Of a stretch of 64,000 nucleotides of DNA, positions 18,225-27,951 are shown in pieces. Under the pieces are notes generated by a model. The model was not told where the DNA came from and made no database searches. It worked only from the letters and a program-made list of their open reading frames with translations. Both the position numbers and the translations under genes were made by a program. The stretch is from Gemmatimonadota bacterium (GTDB lineage Bacteria; JBHIER01; G020348925): positions 1,072,469 through 1,136,468 of the forward strand of contig CP070758.1 of assembly GCA_020348925.1 (NCBI GenBank), given 5' to 3'. How positions within the stretch are numbered: position 1 is the first letter of the stretch; the number at the start of each line of letters is the position of its first letter.

Positions 18225-19535
18225 ATGGAATCGTATAATTTTTTGAGCTTTGGAGGAATTTTCTTACTGCTCATCTTTGCCTGGCTATTCTCCGCTGATC
18301 GGAGAGTTATCAACTGGAGAATCATCCTCTGGGGCATCGGGCTTCAGCTCTTCTTCGGTGTCTTTATCTTCATCATCCCGGTGGGAACGAAAATCTTCCT
18401 CATTGTCAATGATCTTGTCATAAAAATCTTGGACAGCGCCAGTGCCGGAACGCGTTTCCTCTTCGGGCGGCTGGCCCTTCCACCCGGGACTGTCAACGAA
18501 GACGGGGAGACGTCTCTGGGAGCCATTTTAGCCTTCCAGGTTTTTCCTGCGGTGGTCTTTTTCTCGAGTCTCATGGGTGCGCTCTACTATCTGAAAATCA
18601 TGCCGCTCCTCATCCGGGCTTTTGCCTTCATCTTCACAAAACTTATGCGCCTCAGCGGAGCCGAATCCCTGTGCGCCTCGAGCAACATCTTCGTCGGTAT
18701 TGAATCGCCCTTGACCATCAAACCTCACTTAGACGATATGACCCGATCGGAACTGTGCACCATTCTCACGGCCTGCATGGCCACCATCGCCTCCAGTGTG
18801 CTGGCTTTGTATGTCTTTATGTTGAAAGCTCAGTTCCCCACCATTGCCGGCCATCTTGTCTCCGCCTCGGTTCTCTCGGCACCGGCGGCCCTCGTCATAT
18901 CCAAAATCCTTCTCCCCGAAACGGATGTTCCGAAGACGCTGGGAACCGACGTCAAACCCCATTACGAGCGTGAGAACAATGTCATCGAAGCCATTATCAA
19001 CGGCTCGATGGCAGGGGTGAAGTTAGCGGTAGGAATCGGTGCCTTGCTTCTTGCCTTCCTCGGCCTTGTCGAGCTCCTCGATCTGATACTTGAATCGATC
19101 GGGGGGAAGGTGAACCTCTGGCTGGGATTGTCCGTCGACTGGTCGCTCCGCGGGCTCCTCGGCTATATCTTCTATCCCTTCACGATTATCATCGGCATCC
19201 CACCTTCAGACGCCGGAGCCATAGCCAGGATCATCGGGGAGCGTACTGTTGCCACTGAGGTTGAATCTTACCAGGATCTCGCCCGACTCATTGCGGCCAA
19301 CGGTATTCAGAATCCCAGATCCATCGTCGTCGCAACCTATGCTCTGTGCGGCTTTGCCCACATCGCATCACTCGCCATATTCGTCGGAGGCATCTCGACC
19401 CTGGCCCCGAAACGGATCAAAGACCTCTCCGAACTCGGCTTCCGCGCCCTGCTCGGCGCCACCCTGGCCTGCCTCATGACCGCCTGCGTGGCAGGTATGT
19501 TCTTTACCAAGGGCTCGATACTGTTGGGGCGATGA
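18225..19535 (+). CDS. nupC: Concentrative nucleoside transporter (NupC/CNT family)
   Basis: AFQVFPAVVFFSSL, GAESL..SNIFVG, MATIA, YALCGFAH. Confidence 0.9.
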   Translation: MESYNFLSFGGIFLLLIFAWLFSADRRVINWRIILWGIGLQLFFGVFIFIIPVGTKIFLIVNDLVIKILDSASAGTRFLFGRLALPPGTVNEDGETSLGAILAFQVFPAVVFFSSLMGALYYLKIMPLLIRAFAFIFTKLMRLSGAESLCASSNIFVGIESPLTIKPHLDDMTRSELCTILTACMATIASSVLALYVFMLKAQFPTIAGHLVSASVLSAPAALVISKILLPETDVPKTLGTDVKPHYERENNVIEAIINGSMAGVKLAVGIGALLLAFLGLVELLDLILESIGGKVNLWLGLSVDWSLRGLLGYIFYPFTIIIGIPPSDAGAIARIIGERTVATEVESYQDLARLIAANGIQNPRSIVVATYALCGFAHIASLAIFVGGISTLAPKRIKDLSELGFRALLGATLACLMTACVAGMFFTKGSILLGR

Positions 19536-19589
19536 AGATCAATACAAGTCACTCAGGCATATTTTACGAGTAATCTAATTCGTACGCAG

Positions 19590-19670
19590 TGGATTCCCGC
19601 TAACAAACTGCGGGAATGACAGTTGTTGTTAGGGCAGAGTTATTCCTGAATTTCGTTGTCAGGAATCTAG
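19590..19670. repeat. REP-like palindrome pair between convergent genes
   Basis: GGATTCCCGC-N9-GCGGGAATGAC and degenerate GTTATTCCTGA..TCAGGAATC. Confidence 0.65.
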
Positions 19671-19699
19671 GAACGGTAAAATCAAACTTCATTTCATAA

Positions 19700-20305
19700 T
19701 CAGCTTTCATTTTGTATCAAAGCCAAAGTATAATCCATACCAACATGAATATTTTTCTTGTCCTTAAATTCAAAAATCCTTGAGACCGACGGCTCACCAA
19801 GCACCTTGATCTTATCATAAAGCTCCTGGTAGTCAGAGAATTTCTGCACCGCATGATACATCCTCTCCCTCGATATCCCGAATCTCTTTACAGCGTTCCA
19901 GCTCGCAGTCGCTTTTTCAGTTTCAGCGGTGAACCAGGCCCATTGTGATTCCGGTGCGTGATCGAGGATGAGAACTTCCGCTGCCATTTCCAAGGCTTTA
20001 CCAAGGGCAGCACCCGGATCCTCAATTTCATGCAGACAGAATTCAAAAAAGACGACGTCGCCTGAAGCGTCAACATCAGAGAAATCACTCTGTAGTGTGG
20101 ATACGTTCGTCAACCTCAGATTTTCCACTACCGATTTTAGGAATTTGATGGTATCACTGTTATCGTCGATGGCAAAAATCCGTTTCGCCCCCACGGCATA
20201 ACCCATCAACTGCCCACCGCCCGCCCCGACATGAACTACCGTTTTCCCGGAGAAATCATAGAATGCCTCAAGGGTTCGAATGATTTGCTGAATATCGGTG
20301 GCCAT
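19700..20305 (-). CDS. Class I SAM-dependent methyltransferase
   Basis: AAGGAGG RBS; VVHVGAGGG motif I, AIDD, F..CLHE. Confidence 0.8.
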   Translation of the reverse strand: MATDIQQIIRTLEAFYDFSGKTVVHVGAGGGQLMGYAVGAKRIFAIDDNSDTIKFLKSVVENLRLTNVSTLQSDFSDVDASGDVVFFEFCLHEIEDPGAALGKALEMAAEVLILDHAPESQWAWFTAETEKATASWNAVKRFGISRERMYHAVQKFSDYQELYDKIKVLGEPSVSRIFEFKDKKNIHVGMDYTLALIQNES

Positions 20306-20628
20306 TGTGGAATCCTCCTTGCGGGAACACACATACAGACACGCTTCATTTGAATAATCTCAATATCATCATTGATCTATCAAACATTTGACTGAAAAAT
20401 ATGACTCATGTTTCGTTTCAAGTATCCTACCCATTCTAAAATGTCAGAGAAGCGGCATTCACATCCATCAATACTGTAATATCTGTTTTTCTTTGGTGTT
20501 ACGGGAGGTTGATATGAGTGAATGGATATGTTTTGGCCTTTCCATCGAACATCAACTCCTTCGACGGTTTGATCATCTGACAAAAGTAAAAAATCAGTCC
20601 TTGAGAAGTGAAACATTTTCGTGATTTA

Positions 20629-20655
20629 GTAGCACTAATATAAAAATAGTGTTAC
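20629..20655. promoter_or_regulatory. Inverted-repeat operator candidate (NikR-like)
   Basis: GTAGCAC-N13(AT-only)-GTGTTAC ~60 nt upstream of the TonB-dependent receptor. Confidence 0.45.
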
Positions 20656-20716
20656 GATAAACGAGGAATGGACCTCTTCCTCTATCTGAGATCTTTCTAT
20701 AAGCACGGAGGTTCCT

Positions 20717-22588
20717 GTGGTGAAATCGATACTATGCGGACTGATTCTTTTCATGCTTTTTCCCTTTTCGGTGCCGCGTGTACTTGCCTTGCAAGAGCAA
20801 GAAGGTTACGATTCCATTAGGGTTTACTTCGATCCCATTGTTGTCACCGGGCAGCGCTACGAGATGACACTAAAGGACGTGGCGGCCAGCATCTCCGTCA
20901 TCTCGCCATCACACCTTAAACACACCGGTTTCTCAACAGTAGCCGACGCCGTATCATTGTTGACCCCAAGTGTATTTACGACAAGAAAATCAACAATCGG
21001 CTACGGTGTTGCTGCGCTGGCGGCTGGAACTGTGACCGTCCGAGGGGTGGGAGGCAAACCAAACGCTCAAGTCCTGGTGCTCATCGACGGACGACCCGAT
21101 TTTCAGGGCATTTTCAGCCATCCGATAAACGACGGCTATCTTCTCAGCACTGTCGATCACATTGAAGTCCTGCGGGGACCGGCTTCCGGCGTATACGGTA
21201 CCAACGCCCTGGGAGGTGTCATCAATATCATAACGAAAAAGCTGCCCCACTCCGGATTTCATTCGAATCTCAGCATCGATTACGGCAGTCATCATACGCA
21301 AAAATACCTGCTCCAGCAGTCAGGCTGTATCAACGACTTCCGCTACGCTCTCAGTGCAGGGCTTCATAAATCCGACGGCCACAGAGACAATGCTGCCTTT
21401 GACAGCCAGAACTACGGAGCCAAAATTGGATATCGATTCAACAAGCACTTCGACGTCACCTTTAATGGCCATATGACACCATACCAGTTTCAAGATCCCG
21501 GTCCTAAGGACCTCGATCTGATGGGGTATTTTGAGGAAGGCGATATCACCCGATACTCGATGGATCTCACCCTTCGCAACACCTTCACCTCAACGGACGG
21601 GACGGTGAAAATCCACGGTAATTTCGGGAAGCATAAACTGTCGGATGGATGGGAATCGGAGGACCAGACCGTGGGAGTACTCATCTTTCAAAATGTCAGT
21701 TTTCGCAACGAGACGAAAGCAACGTTCGGTATTGATATGAAACGGTACGGCGGGGAATCATATTCCAGCGGAACCGACCTGGGAACATACTACAATGATG
21801 AATATGCCGCCTACCTTCACGTCCAAAAAGTGATTCGAGAAAGACTGATCGCCGCCACGGGCCTGCGTCTTGAGAGCAATTCTCATTTCGGATCAGAGTG
21901 GGTCCCCAAATTCGGTCTGGTCTACCATGCCTTTCCCAATACTTCACTGAGAACCTCGGTCACCAAGGGTTTCCGAACCCCTTCAATCCGGGACCTGTAC
22001 CTCTTTCCCCCGGCCAATGCAAACCTGAATCAGGAACGATTATGGAATTATGAGATCGGGGTGAGCCGGTCGATTGGGAAAGCACTCTCACTGGACCTTT
22101 GTGGGTTTTCCTATGAAGGGGATCAGTGGATTGAAACCATACTTATTGCCCCGGGAGTGACACAGAATCAGAATTCAGGATCGAACAGTGCGCAGGGTCT
22201 GGAGATGACGGCGCAGAGGCAGCCCACCGACCACATCGCAGCCTATGTCGCCCTTTCGTATATTGACTCTGATGAAAGGCTCCCCTTCGCACCAAATACA
22301 ATCGGTTTCCTCACTTCATACATTGAAAAAAAGGTGAGTCTCTCCCTCTACGGCGAGCACATCGCTCACCTTCTTTCAAGCTATCAATTGAACCAGTACC
22401 CCATCAAGACGATCATCGAGAGACAGCCACCCTATACCCTCATCAACGCAAAGATCCAACTGCAGCTATCGCACCACCTCGGTCTCTCTCTGACAGTGGA
22501 GAACCTTTTCGACGAAACATATGAAATCCTGAAAGAATACCCCATGCCCGGGAGAACTTTTTCGAGTGGGTTGCAGTGCCGCTTTTGA
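20717..22588 (+). CDS. TonB-dependent receptor (BtuB/CirA-like)
   Basis: GGAGG RBS, signal peptide, IVVTG TonB box, plug VRG..LVLIDGRP..IEVLRGP.S..YG..ALGGVINIIT, ENLFD..Y..PGR and terminal Phe. Confidence 0.92.
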   Translation: MVKSILCGLILFMLFPFSVPRVLALQEQEGYDSIRVYFDPIVVTGQRYEMTLKDVAASISVISPSHLKHTGFSTVADAVSLLTPSVFTTRKSTIGYGVAALAAGTVTVRGVGGKPNAQVLVLIDGRPDFQGIFSHPINDGYLLSTVDHIEVLRGPASGVYGTNALGGVINIITKKLPHSGFHSNLSIDYGSHHTQKYLLQQSGCINDFRYALSAGLHKSDGHRDNAAFDSQNYGAKIGYRFNKHFDVTFNGHMTPYQFQDPGPKDLDLMGYFEEGDITRYSMDLTLRNTFTSTDGTVKIHGNFGKHKLSDGWESEDQTVGVLIFQNVSFRNETKATFGIDMKRYGGESYSSGTDLGTYYNDEYAAYLHVQKVIRERLIAATGLRLESNSHFGSEWVPKFGLVYHAFPNTSLRTSVTKGFRTPSIRDLYLFPPANANLNQERLWNYEIGVSRSIGKALSLDLCGFSYEGDQWIETILIAPGVTQNQNSGSNSAQGLEMTAQRQPTDHIAAYVALSYIDSDERLPFAPNTIGFLTSYIEKKVSLSLYGEHIAHLLSSYQLNQYPIKTIIERQPPYTLINAKIQLQLSHHLGLSLTVENLFDETYEILKEYPMPGRTFSSGLQCRF

Positions 22589-22627
22589 ACTGCACTACTT
22601 AAAACACCACGAATATGACTGCACGAA

Positions 22628-22840
22628 TCAACAAATACGCAGCAGGGGTTCGCCGGTTAGCATATCGATAATCCTCGTCCCCCCGATGGCGGTATCCATA
22701 ATAACTTTTTTTGGATAGTCCTCAACCACTTCACCTGTAATACACTCGTCTTTCCCATAAGGATTTGATTGAATGATTTCCAAAACTTTGTCTGCATCTT
22801 CAGGACTGACGCAGGCCAAAAGTTTTCCCTTAACGAAACC
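22628..22840 (-). pseudogene. hypE: C-terminal remnant of hydrogenase maturation protein HypE
   Basis: GKLLACV.PEDADKVLE.....PYGKD...GEV....KVIM.T.IGGTRIIDML.GE.L.RIC; only ~70 aa, N-terminal part missing. Confidence 0.75.
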
Positions 22841-23723
22841 CAAAAATTTTACTGCCGGCACGAATCGCCTGCAGATTCCAATCGTACGCTTTGGAGATCT
22901 CGGTGTGAGCGGCGAAACCGCACTTCGCGCATGAGATATCGGCTCGATTTTTCAAGTAACAGCCGTAGTTGATACTGCCGTCCGGCTCGGCATTGGCAAT
23001 GAGCCAGGAGTGGCAGCGCCACGTATTCTCCTTCAAGGCTTCAAGCGTAATGTATGAATCGAGAATGGCGTAGCCTTCTCCCTTCAGCCGCATCAACTCA
23101 TCCAGAACCCACACTCTTTCCGGCCGTTCCACCCACAGGTCCTGTGTGCCTTCATAGGGGTAATAGAACTGAATCGTAATACCTTTCACTCTTCCGTCCA
23201 GAAATTCGATGAGCTCCGGAATTTCCTTACAATTGACACGATTGATGGTGATGTTGGCCAGAATTTTCGGATGCGAAGAGGATTCGATATTGGCCATGAC
23301 CCGATCGAAGCTATTTCCACGATTGTAGTTGTGGGTATCACGCAGGCCATCGACGCTCACCCAGACCGTATCGGCCGAGGTCTCCAGAGGAAGAAGGCCG
23401 TTCGTTGTCACGCCTGTACAGAAGAAACGAGTTTTGGCTTCCCGCACCAAATCTTCAAACACTTTGTCCTCGTCTTTCCATATCAAGGGCTCGCCCCCCT
23501 CGAGGATGAGCAGCCGCACGCCCCCAGCGTACAGTTTGTCCATAACGCCAAGGGCGAGCGTATAAGGGACATTGTCATCCGCCATTTTCCAGAAAGGACA
23601 GACGCGGCAGCGGAGATTGCACCGGTTGGTGATTTTGAAACCGGCCAACAGCGGTCTTCGCCGCTTCAACAACCGAGCCTCGAGGTTGTGCTTTAAGAAA
23701 TAGAGATATTGATGTCCGAACAT
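22830..23723 (-). CDS. Radical SAM protein
   Basis: ITNRCNLRCRVC, GGEP, TTNG, VSVDG, Cys-rich C-terminus; start approximate. Confidence 0.88.
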   Translation of the reverse strand: MFGHQYLYFLKHNLEARLLKRRRPLLAGFKITNRCNLRCRVCPFWKMADDNVPYTLALGVMDKLYAGGVRLLILEGGEPLIWKDEDKVFEDLVREAKTRFFCTGVTTNGLLPLETSADTVWVSVDGLRDTHNYNRGNSFDRVMANIESSSHPKILANITINRVNCKEIPELIEFLDGRVKGITIQFYYPYEGTQDLWVERPERVWVLDELMRLKGEGYAILDSYITLEALKENTWRCHSWLIANAEPDGSINYGCYLKNRADISCAKCGFAAHTEISKAYDWNLQAIRAGSKIFGFR

Positions 23724-23828
23724 TGACTTTTCATACTTCCGAAAGAGAATCCCACCTGACCCGGTCTGGGAAGAGCAGCTCGTATTTTTCCGAAGGTGGC
23801 ATCCGAAACTCTGCAATTACAATGAAAA

Positions 23829-24701
23829 CTACGACGATCCCATAATCTCATCCTCCAACGTCCTGATTTTCGAAAGTCCGACCAACTCATTGAACTCATC
23901 AAACAGCATGAGTTGATCGATGAGCGGCATGCTGTCCCCTGCCCGCTTTAATTCGAAAAGAAAATCTTTCACCTGCCGGGCGATACAATACGTCACGATA
24001 CATGGATGAATGACAATACTGAAGCCAAGTTCCTTGAGACGTATGTGTGGCACAAGTGGTGTCTTGCCACCCTCAATCATATTGACGACGGTTGGAACAG
24101 ATATTTCACGGTTGACCTGTTCCATCTGCTCTTCGCTTCTCAGCGCCTCAATGAAGATAATGTCAGCACCGAAATCGACGGCAGCTTTCCCTCTGGTTAT
24201 TGCTTCCTCGAAAGAAATGGCTTCACCTGCATCGGTTCGGGCTACGATGAGCATTTCATTACGGGCATGTAAGGCTGCCTTCAGTTTCGCAAGCCATTCA
24301 TTACGGGAAATAACCTGCTTCCCGGCCATGTGGCCGCACCGTTTGGGCATGATCTGATCTTCCAGTTGAATGCAGGCGGCTCCCGCTTTTTCATATTCCT
24401 CCACCGTCCGCATTACGTTCGTCACATTGCCGAAACCTGTCTCCCCATCAGCGTAAATGGGTAGGTTTGTAACTGAAGCAACTGCCTGTAATCTCGCCAA
24501 CATGGAATCAAAGCCCAAGAGATCAATATCAGGCTTGCCTAAAATACTGGCACTGGCCGAATAGCCGCCGACGACGACCATATCGAATCCTGCTTCTTCA
24601 ATAAGAATGGCCGTCAGAGGATCATGCGTCCCGACAGCGATCAGGAATTCGTCTCGCTCCAACTTTTCTCGAAGAGTGTTTCCATCAGATCGATTTTGCA
24701 T
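23829..24701 (-). CDS. Isocitrate lyase/PEP mutase family C-C lyase (PrpB/2,3-dimethylmalate lyase-like)
   Basis: D.ETGFG, LEDQ..PKRCGH, ARTDA, GAD.IF.EA, NM.EGGKTP. Confidence 0.9.
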   Translation of the reverse strand: MQNRSDGNTLREKLERDEFLIAVGTHDPLTAILIEEAGFDMVVVGGYSASASILGKPDIDLLGFDSMLARLQAVASVTNLPIYADGETGFGNVTNVMRTVEEYEKAGAACIQLEDQIMPKRCGHMAGKQVISRNEWLAKLKAALHARNEMLIVARTDAGEAISFEEAITRGKAAVDFGADIIFIEALRSEEQMEQVNREISVPTVVNMIEGGKTPLVPHIRLKELGFSIVIHPCIVTYCIARQVKDFLFELKRAGDSMPLIDQLMLFDEFNELVGLSKIRTLEDEIMGSS

Positions 24702-24926
24702 TCTCAAACCTCTCTCTATGAATAGCAAAAACTTCGACAGCCCTCCAATAAAGTTCTAATCGCTTTGATTGCAGAAAGGGAAATGTATGTATAACATAGG
24801 AAGGAAGTCAAGAGTAAAGAGCGGCATTCAGAGATTTCCTCGCTACCTGTCGATGTACAATGGGGGTATGGCCTTGAATCGTAAATACATGCTTACTCAG
24901 AAACTATTCCATGGGTCCCCGTTATA

Positions 24927-25319
24927 TTATTCCGATGTCACTTCAATATACTTTTTCTTCAATTCTGTCTCCTGGCGAGGGACGGAATCATCCGGGACAT
25001 GATAGAGAACAGTCAGAGAAACATCGTATTCACCCGGTTTGTTATATATTACCGTAGGCTCTATCTCTTTCGATTTGTCGGGTGTCCCTCCGGGGAACGC
25101 CCAGTCCCATTGGATTATTAATGCCGTGGATAAATCACCGAATTGGACTTCAAGAGGTGCTTTTCCGGAAGTGGGATGCCCACCGAATTCTGCCGGTCCC
25201 GGCCAGCTGTCTCGCCCCTGAAACAATCGGGTACTGCAACTCAGAGACAGAAAGACAATCAGAAAGAGAACGAGGAAACAACGTCCGAAAAGGTCATGAA
25301 CAATTGCTATCCTTCTCAT
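24927..25319 (-). CDS. PKD-domain lipoprotein
   Basis: AAAGGAG RBS; lipobox LSLSC; PTSG.APL.V.F.DLS....WDW.F..G.P..Y..PGEYDVSLTV. Confidence 0.8.
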   Translation of the reverse strand: MRRIAIVHDLFGRCFLVLFLIVFLSLSCSTRLFQGRDSWPGPAEFGGHPTSGKAPLEVQFGDLSTALIIQWDWAFPGGTPDKSKEIEPTVIYNKPGEYDVSLTVLYHVPDDSVPRQETELKKKYIEVTSE

Positions 25320-25866
25320 GGTTTCTCTCCTTTCGTATTGATATGCTTTCAATCCAGGATGTCTTTGAAGGCCTGAACCCCCACTATTCGATACGTTGTG
25401 CACTTGGAGCGTTCTCAGAACAGATCGCAGACCCTTCCTGCCGTCCTGTTTCTGCCGGAGACGGTTCCTGATCCCAGACCTTCGAGTAGACAACACGATG
25501 TGCACCTGTGTCATACAGTCCTCGGACAACCATTCGCACCCATTCCCTCATTTCTTCAGAGATGCCGTCATCGGATTGAGGAACAACAGGACTCTACAGT
25601 TTCGTTTATATCTTTATATTTTCAAAACTTAGGATTCGGTACATTCTTCCCCATATTGAAGCCAACAATCATGGGTTTTTCTAAGAGATCCATTGAAAGA
25701 CGAAACATTCACCTACCGGTATGCATGTATGCCCACCTTGTGAGCAAATTTCCGTTCCCAACAGGTCCCAGGGCACTCCTTGCCGACCAGTTGGGGTGGT
25801 TTCCCGAACTTGCGGATCTGTTCTTCCTGAAAGCCTTCTGCTATTATCTACCCCCTCTCGTCCGAA

Positions 25867-26082
25867 CTACCGATTGTATCCACCACCTCCGCGAGGTCCA
25901 CGATGACCGCCCCGCCTATCCCCCCCCATTCCGCCCTTGGGATTCCTTCTCTTACGGGCCATCCGACACGATTTGCACCGTTTCGGATCTTGAAATCCCT
26001 TCTCGGCGTAATAGTTCTGCTCCTCCTCGGTAAAGACAAAGTCTTTATCGCAATCCTGACAAGTGATGGTCTTGTCCGCCAT
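25867..26082 (-). CDS. Zinc-ribbon (zf-trcl-like) protein with RGG tail, paralogue of 11539-11745
   Basis: MADKTITCQDC..F.FTEEEQNYY..GFQDPKRCKSCR; GGGAGG RBS. Confidence 0.88.
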   Translation of the reverse strand: MADKTITCQDCDKDFVFTEEEQNYYAEKGFQDPKRCKSCRMARKRRNPKGGMGGDRRGGHRGPRGGGGYNR

Positions 26083-26314
26083 GAGAAATACACCTCCCTC
26101 TTGGTAAAGAATAATGCCGTGGGCTCAGCGATCACTGCCTATGGAGTTACAAAAAACCGCAAAATGAGCGAAAGTTTGCGATTTGCCTATGATTAAAGGA
26201 CGTTGTGAAATCATGACGAAAATCAAAAGCAGAACTTAAACGCCGTGTAAACGGAAAATTGTACTTCACCTTTCGATCCACTGGCACCGCAGCCCCTTGG
26301 ATTCCTATAGATGA

Positions 26315-26344
26315 AATATACACGAAAACCAATCGAAAAGTCAA
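26315..26344 (-). promoter_or_regulatory. Putative sigma70 promoter of the second zinc-ribbon gene
   Basis: TTGACT-N18-TATATT. Confidence 0.6.
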
Positions 26345-26588
26345 GGATAAAATAACATGAAGAAAATGGCAAGCGATACAGAACGACGGTCGTTATCGGC
26401 GGTACATTCGAGCGTTCTCTCACTCAAACACAACTGACACATTGAAACAGAGTTTTCGGTTGACACCCACCGTCATTCTCCTTATTTTTAGTCTTCGCTT
26501 TGCAAGACTGTGTACGCAACAACGAAATGTGTGAACCACGCTTTTCGCCCAGTATAATCTGGGCGTTACATTATTTGATGGAGACAAC

Positions 26589-27911
26589 ATGGGCGTAATT
26601 GAACCCAGAGTTTTTAAGGGGACTCGGGACTTTCTCCCCGAGGAGATGATCCACCGCGACCGCATCATAGACGTCATGAAGTCAACGTTTGAAACGTACG
26701 GCTTCGAACCTCTTGAAACACCGGCTCTCGAATATTGGGACATACTCACAGGAAAATATGGCGAGGAGGGTGAAAAGCTCATCTATCGCTTAGACTATAA
26801 AGGTGGACACGAGGTTGCCTTGCGTTATGATCTCACAGTGCCTTTGTCACGGGTAATCGCCCTTTACCCTCACCTGCCCAAACCGTTTAAGCGTTACCAG
26901 ATGCAGCCGGTATGGAGGGCGGATAAACCCCAGCTTCGGCAAGGGCGATTCCGAGAATTCTATCAGTGCGATGTCGACACCGTCGGATCCGGCTCAATGC
27001 TGGCCGATGCGGAGATCATTATCGTGACGCACGCGATATTGTCGAGTCTCGGTTTTCAAACCTTTCGCATCCGAATCAACAACCGGAAGGTCCTGGCGGG
27101 TATTGTCGAATATACCTGCGGCGATCAATCACGAAGTGCCGACATATGCCGCTGCATCGACAAACTCGACAAGATCGGAATGGATGGCGTCAAGCATGAG
27201 CTCGAAAGGTGTGACATTCCGGACGGCTCAGCCCAGAAAGTTTTAAAAATCTTAGAAATATCCGGTAACAATGAGACGGTTTTGAGAGACTTGGAAAGGG
27301 AACTCAGCGTCTCACAAATGGGCTTGGCAGGTTTAAGCGAATTGAAAGAGGTGTTCGCCTTTCTTCAAAACAACGGACTTCCACAAGATCGGTATACATT
27401 CGATCTGCATCTTGCCCGCGGATTGGATTATTATACTGGACCGATTTTTGAGACGGTCTTGACGGATCAACCCCACATCGGGAGTTTGGCCGGAGGTGGA
27501 CGTTACGACGAATTGATCGGTCTGTTCAGCGGTATCGATGAACCGGCAACGGGGACGACGATCGGTCTCGATCGAATTTACACGGCTATGCAACAGTTGA
27601 ATATGCTGGAGAACGTCAAAACAAAAACTCAGGTTCTCGTCACTCTTTTCGATGACACAACGTTCAAACAGAGCATGAGTGTCGCTCAGGAGCTGCGAGA
27701 CAATGGGATAAATACCGACACCTATTTCGAGCAACACAGTATGAAGAAGCAATTCACATACGCCCATAAAAAAGGGATCCCTTATGTTGTTATTCTTGGA
27801 CCGGACGAGTGTGCAAAAGATGAGATCAGTGTCAAGGATATGGAATCCGGGGAACAAAAGACCATTTCCCGAAACGCCCTCATCATCTATCTGCAAGAAC
27901 TTACCGGCTGA
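26589..27911 (+). CDS. hisS: Histidine--tRNA ligase
   Basis: KGTRDF, LRYDLTVP, GRFREFYQCD, RGLDYYTG, GGGRYD. Confidence 0.97.
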   Translation: MGVIEPRVFKGTRDFLPEEMIHRDRIIDVMKSTFETYGFEPLETPALEYWDILTGKYGEEGEKLIYRLDYKGGHEVALRYDLTVPLSRVIALYPHLPKPFKRYQMQPVWRADKPQLRQGRFREFYQCDVDTVGSGSMLADAEIIIVTHAILSSLGFQTFRIRINNRKVLAGIVEYTCGDQSRSADICRCIDKLDKIGMDGVKHELERCDIPDGSAQKVLKILEISGNNETVLRDLERELSVSQMGLAGLSELKEVFAFLQNNGLPQDRYTFDLHLARGLDYYTGPIFETVLTDQPHIGSLAGGGRYDELIGLFSGIDEPATGTTIGLDRIYTAMQQLNMLENVKTKTQVLVTLFDDTTFKQSMSVAQELRDNGINTDTYFEQHSMKKQFTYAHKKGIPYVVILGPDECAKDEISVKDMESGEQKTISRNALIIYLQELTG

Positions 27912-27951
27912 ACGGTTACATCAAACAGCACAAAACTGAAACGGATATACA

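Noticed and set aside
20380-20624. 78-aa ORFs on both strands
   Set aside because: No recognisable motif or RBS; lie in the divergent promoter region
25630-25850. Possible decayed csp start (ATGCATACCGGTAGGTGAATG) downstream of the second zinc-ribbon gene
   Set aside because: Resemblance limited to about 4 codons; no RNP motifs in any frame I could read
26400-26588. T-box leader upstream of hisS
   Set aside because: No T-box consensus (GGTGGNACCGCG) or terminator/antiterminator
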